From positions 1,488,001 through 1,552,000 of the forward strand of contig JADEYG010000003.1 in assembly GCA_016906335.1 (NCBI GenBank): a stretch of DNA of 64,000 bases, written 5' to 3'. Position numbers and translations under genes: made by a program. Below, in pieces: positions 60,643 through 64,000 of this stretch. The notes under the pieces were generated by a model. That model was not told where the DNA came from and made no database searches. It worked only from the letters and a program-made list of their open reading frames with translations. The DNA comes from Novakomyces olei (Eukaryota). The number at the start of each line of letters is the position of its first letter. The first letter of the stretch is position 1.

Positions 60643-62270
60643 ATGGCTGCTACAGCAACAAAAGAAGAGTCGCAGTCGTTTTTTGCCCGTGTTCGGCAGA
60701 GCAATAAAGTACGCTTGGACAATGCTCTGTTTTGTTTGTTTTTTTTTTTTTTTAACTTTTTTTTGATCTACAATGATCTAATTACTGTTTCTTGTTTACT
60801 TCTACCGCTTTTCTTCGCGCCGTTATATGTTTTAGTATGATTAGTGCTAATGTGCAGACATGCTTTGATTGTGGTGCGAGTAACCCGACGTGGGCCTCGA
60901 CTCCCTTTGCGATTTACCTTTGCCTTGACTGTTCGTCGGTGCATAGAAACTTGGGCGTGCATGTCTCCTTTGTCCGATCCACTGTCCTCGATACATGGAC
61001 GTACGACCAATTGCGTATTATGAAAGTCGGGGGTAATCAGTCGGCAAACACTTATTTTACACGGCACACTGGCGCCAGCTTGTTAGCAAAACAAGACGCT
61101 GTTTCCAAGTATACGTCAAAGACGGCTATTGCTTACAAGGAAGAGTTGAAGCATCGTGCTGAGCGTGATGCCAAACTGCATCCGGACCTCTTCACTGACT
61201 CCAGTACGGCAGGAGACTCTGGCACCGGATCTTCCTCCCCAGCGGCCGATGACAGTGACGATTTCTTTTCTTCGTGGGACAAACCCGTGGTTAAAAAGCC
61301 GACTCCGCCGCCGTCACGTACAAGCACTCCTCCCGTTGTAGGGCGGACGCCTTCTCCACTGGCGGTCTCAACCACAGCAGCTCAGCCGGCGGTTGCGCGT
61401 TCGCTCAAGCAAAGTTCTGCTTTACGGCCGGGTTCAGTGGGAAGAAAGTCCGTTTTGAGCGGAGGAGGGTCTAGTGCAAAAAGATCAGACTCACACAAGC
61501 GAGCGGAAAAGGCAGCGGCTATCGACTTTGAAGAGGCGGAGAGGAAAGCTAAAGAGGAAGCAGAGCGTGTAAAGCAATTGGGCTATAATGAGGAGCTGGA
61601 AAGGCAACAGCAGCAGCAACGCGCTGCTTCTGCACAGAGCAACGGTGGAGGGTATGGAATAAAACTGGCTGGCTCTGCTGTTTCAATGGACTCGAAACCT
61701 GTGTCTGCTCGATCTGGTAGTGCTACTACAGCTGGCTCTGGCAGCAAATCAAGTGCCCCGGCAATTGCACGATTAGGATTTGGTCAAGTGGCAAATAAGC
61801 CAGTTGCTTCCAAACCAGTCAGCAATAATAATAATAGTAACAACAGCCTTTTCGCAACAACGAATAGCGCGTCCGAAAGCAGAGATGCACGCGACCGGTT
61901 TGCCGGTCAAAAATCGATTTCCTCGGATCAGTATTTCAATCGTGGAGCCTATGATCCTGTGGCTTCCGCAGAGGCAAAGTCCCGGCTCAGTGAATTTGCT
62001 GGGGCTACTTCTATTTCTTCTAATGCCTACTTTGGCCGCCCTGAAGACGATGACGAGGATGCCGAGCGTGAAGGCGGTGGAGCCGGTGGAGGAGCCGCGT
62101 TCCTGCAGAATCGGGATTTGGGAGATTTGGAGAATACGGCACGCGACTATTTGCAAAAGCTTTCGCTTACTGCCGGTGAGGATTTGGATAACTTGCGGGA
62201 TGCGATTACAACTGGAGGCCGTAAACTGCAAGGGTTTTTGGAAAATTTGTCGGAGCGCTACAACTTGTAG
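60643..62270 (+). CDS. GLO3: ArfGAP Glo3 (ArfGAP2/3), 2 exons
   Basis: [14 protein letters not shown]...[16 protein letters not shown]...[21 protein letters not shown]; Glo3 motifs [10 protein letters not shown] and [10 protein letters not shown]. Confidence 0.95.
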
Positions 62271-62375
62271 AGCCGAGTATGGTGTGATACACGTGATGCA
62301 GTAGAAGTAGGGTTTTGTGTATTAATGTATTTAGCATGGACAATGTTTGTAGATTGTGTTGTAGATTGTATTTAA

Positions 62376-62376
62376 A

Positions 62377-62413
<37 letters not shown>
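62376..62413. repeat. (AAT)n microsatellite
   Basis: Direct inspection. Confidence 0.9.
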
Positions 62414-62835
62414 GGGGTGGAAATAAAAGGGTTAGGGTTAGTCACAATAAATTATTGTATGTTGTATGTATTCGCTACTTCTCCCAATCACAGGGTTTTC
62501 GCTCCTTCCCCAGAATATGGCTCAAAGCGGCAACTGCATGTGGACTTGCGTAAACATGGATAAGGTCGATCAATGAAGCAACGAGTGAACGAGCATTTAT
62601 TTGTACGCATTTGCCTTAAAAACAGGAACCGTTTCAACGTTTCCTCGACCTTTGCTCTTTTGGTCGCGTTATTATAGCTCAGATATACAATAAGCTAAAG
62701 TCAGGTAAGTGCAATTGCGTCACTCCGGAACTAACTGCCGCAGAGCGCCAAAACAGAATCAGACGGGAGCTTTTACAAAGAGTAGAGGATTAAATGCGTC
62801 AACGGCACGCTTACGCGAGCCTTTTAACATCAAAG

Positions 62836-64000
62836 TCTTACTTGACGGGTACGCTGATACAAGAACTGCTATTGTGCTGAATTTAACCTTGAAGGTGCTC
62901 TCGTAGTAGGGTTTTCATTACGCGATGTTGGTGCAAAGGCCCGTCTTGTTTTACTGTGCGGCTGTCCGGACGAGCTAAGTGCAGAGGACAGGAATACTTT
63001 ACTCGTACGTGTTCACACATTGTTTTGTATATGTATATGTATTGCTATTGTTATTGCTATTGCCATTGTTATTGCTTTTGCTATTGTTATCTTGACGACG
63101 GTATTTGTTGCGCAAGTTTGTCGCAAATTCCCATTCGTCTTTACTCACTAATTCTTCTATTTGCTTTTTCGCAAATTGTTTCTGGCGTCGCTTTTGTACT
63201 TAATACATAGTCATGCTGGGACGAAATTCGGCCTGTTGAACTCGTTTTATCAAACAGCCAGCGTGAATTGGCGCTGCTTGGAAGGCCGGAACTAGATGCG
63301 GCACCTACTAAAATTCACGTGTTTAATATGCTCGACTTTGACCGTGTCGTCTACCTTGATGCCGATACCGTTTGCTTGCGCAATGTGGACGATCTTTTCG
63401 ATTTGGATCCAAGTATAGTTTTGGCGGTAAGTGTAGAGTTTCTTTTTTCATGCGCTTGTTGCTGACGCTTATAGGCTGCGCCAGATACAGGATGGCCCGA
63501 CATTTTCAATACCGTAAGTACATCTTGAGGCTTTAAATTTGCTCGTATCTTTTATAATCATCGCTCTTCAGTTTGATCAATGTCATTCTGGTTTTGGAGT
63601 TTGCCTACCTTTTGAACATCATTGAAAAGCTTGATATTTGAAGTCTGTGTGCTTCTGAGATATCACCTTATCTTGAGTCTGTTTTTCTATCATTGTTCTT
63701 TGAATTCTTAGCCTTCCCTGTTTGTTTGAGTTGGTCTAAAGCCGGTTCTTACTTATAGGGTGTTCTCGTTGTCAAGCCAGAGGGTGGTTTGTTTGATGCT
63801 TTACAATTACTCTTGAGGGCATCCGCAACGTTTGATGGTAGGCGAACAGACTTCAGATTATTTGGATAAGCTTATAACTTTTATTGTAGGCAGTGACCAG
63901 GGTCTTTTGAATCAGTATTTTACGCACTGGCATCGACTGCCTTTTACCTACAACGTGACTCCCAATGCTGGCTATGAGTATGCAAGGATTTGTTCTATCA
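62836..64000 (+). CDS. Glycogenin-like GT8 glycosyltransferase (partial; 5' exons unresolved, 3' end beyond window)
   Basis: Spliced SYLT|GALVVGFSLRD, LLGRPEL...TKIHVF...VVYLDADT, AAPDTGWPDIFNT|GV, FD|GSDQGLLNQYF, WHRLPFTYNVTP. Confidence 0.85.

Noticed and set aside
62206-62563. Poly-Ile ORFs on both strands
   Set aside because: Produced by the (AAT)n microsatellite.

Overview
Gene-dense, intron-rich fungal (ascomycete) nuclear DNA with about 30 protein-coding genes. No rRNA, tRNA, transposon or CRISPR feature was recognised. I rebuilt exon structures by hand from splice signals and conserved protein motifs. Gene order: SKI3, AMPK beta subunit, PBR1-like SDR, ADA2, Ych1/Ibp1 phosphatase, Gad8/Ypk1, Cdc4/Mlc1, NTF2-like protein, RPP40, MFS transporter, TEX1/THOC3, small SET protein, TTC1, FarA/CTF1-type Zn2Cys6 factor, MCD4, SNU71/RBM25, QTRT1 (tgt), LysM protein, MRPL24, Csm1/Pcs1, Msb2, orphan membrane protein, ACOT9-like thioesterase, GPI-type repeat protein, DAO, Scd2/Bem1, TIM21, RPS17, GLO3, partial glycogenin. 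Ada2, Cdc4 and Gad8 sequences and a Homol E/D-type RPS17 promoter look fission-yeast-like, suggesting an early-diverging ascomycete, probably Taphrinomycotina (inference). The most striking signal is a 47-nt AT-AC intron with U2-type signals (ATATGT...CTAAT...TAC), required to restore the conserved NTYHLGLKPG motif of QTRT1. Other notable signals: frequent AAG acceptors, 32-40 nt introns, telomere-repeat (TAACCC/AAACCCTA) promoter elements, and a duplicated M-L-K start flanking the first scd2 intron.
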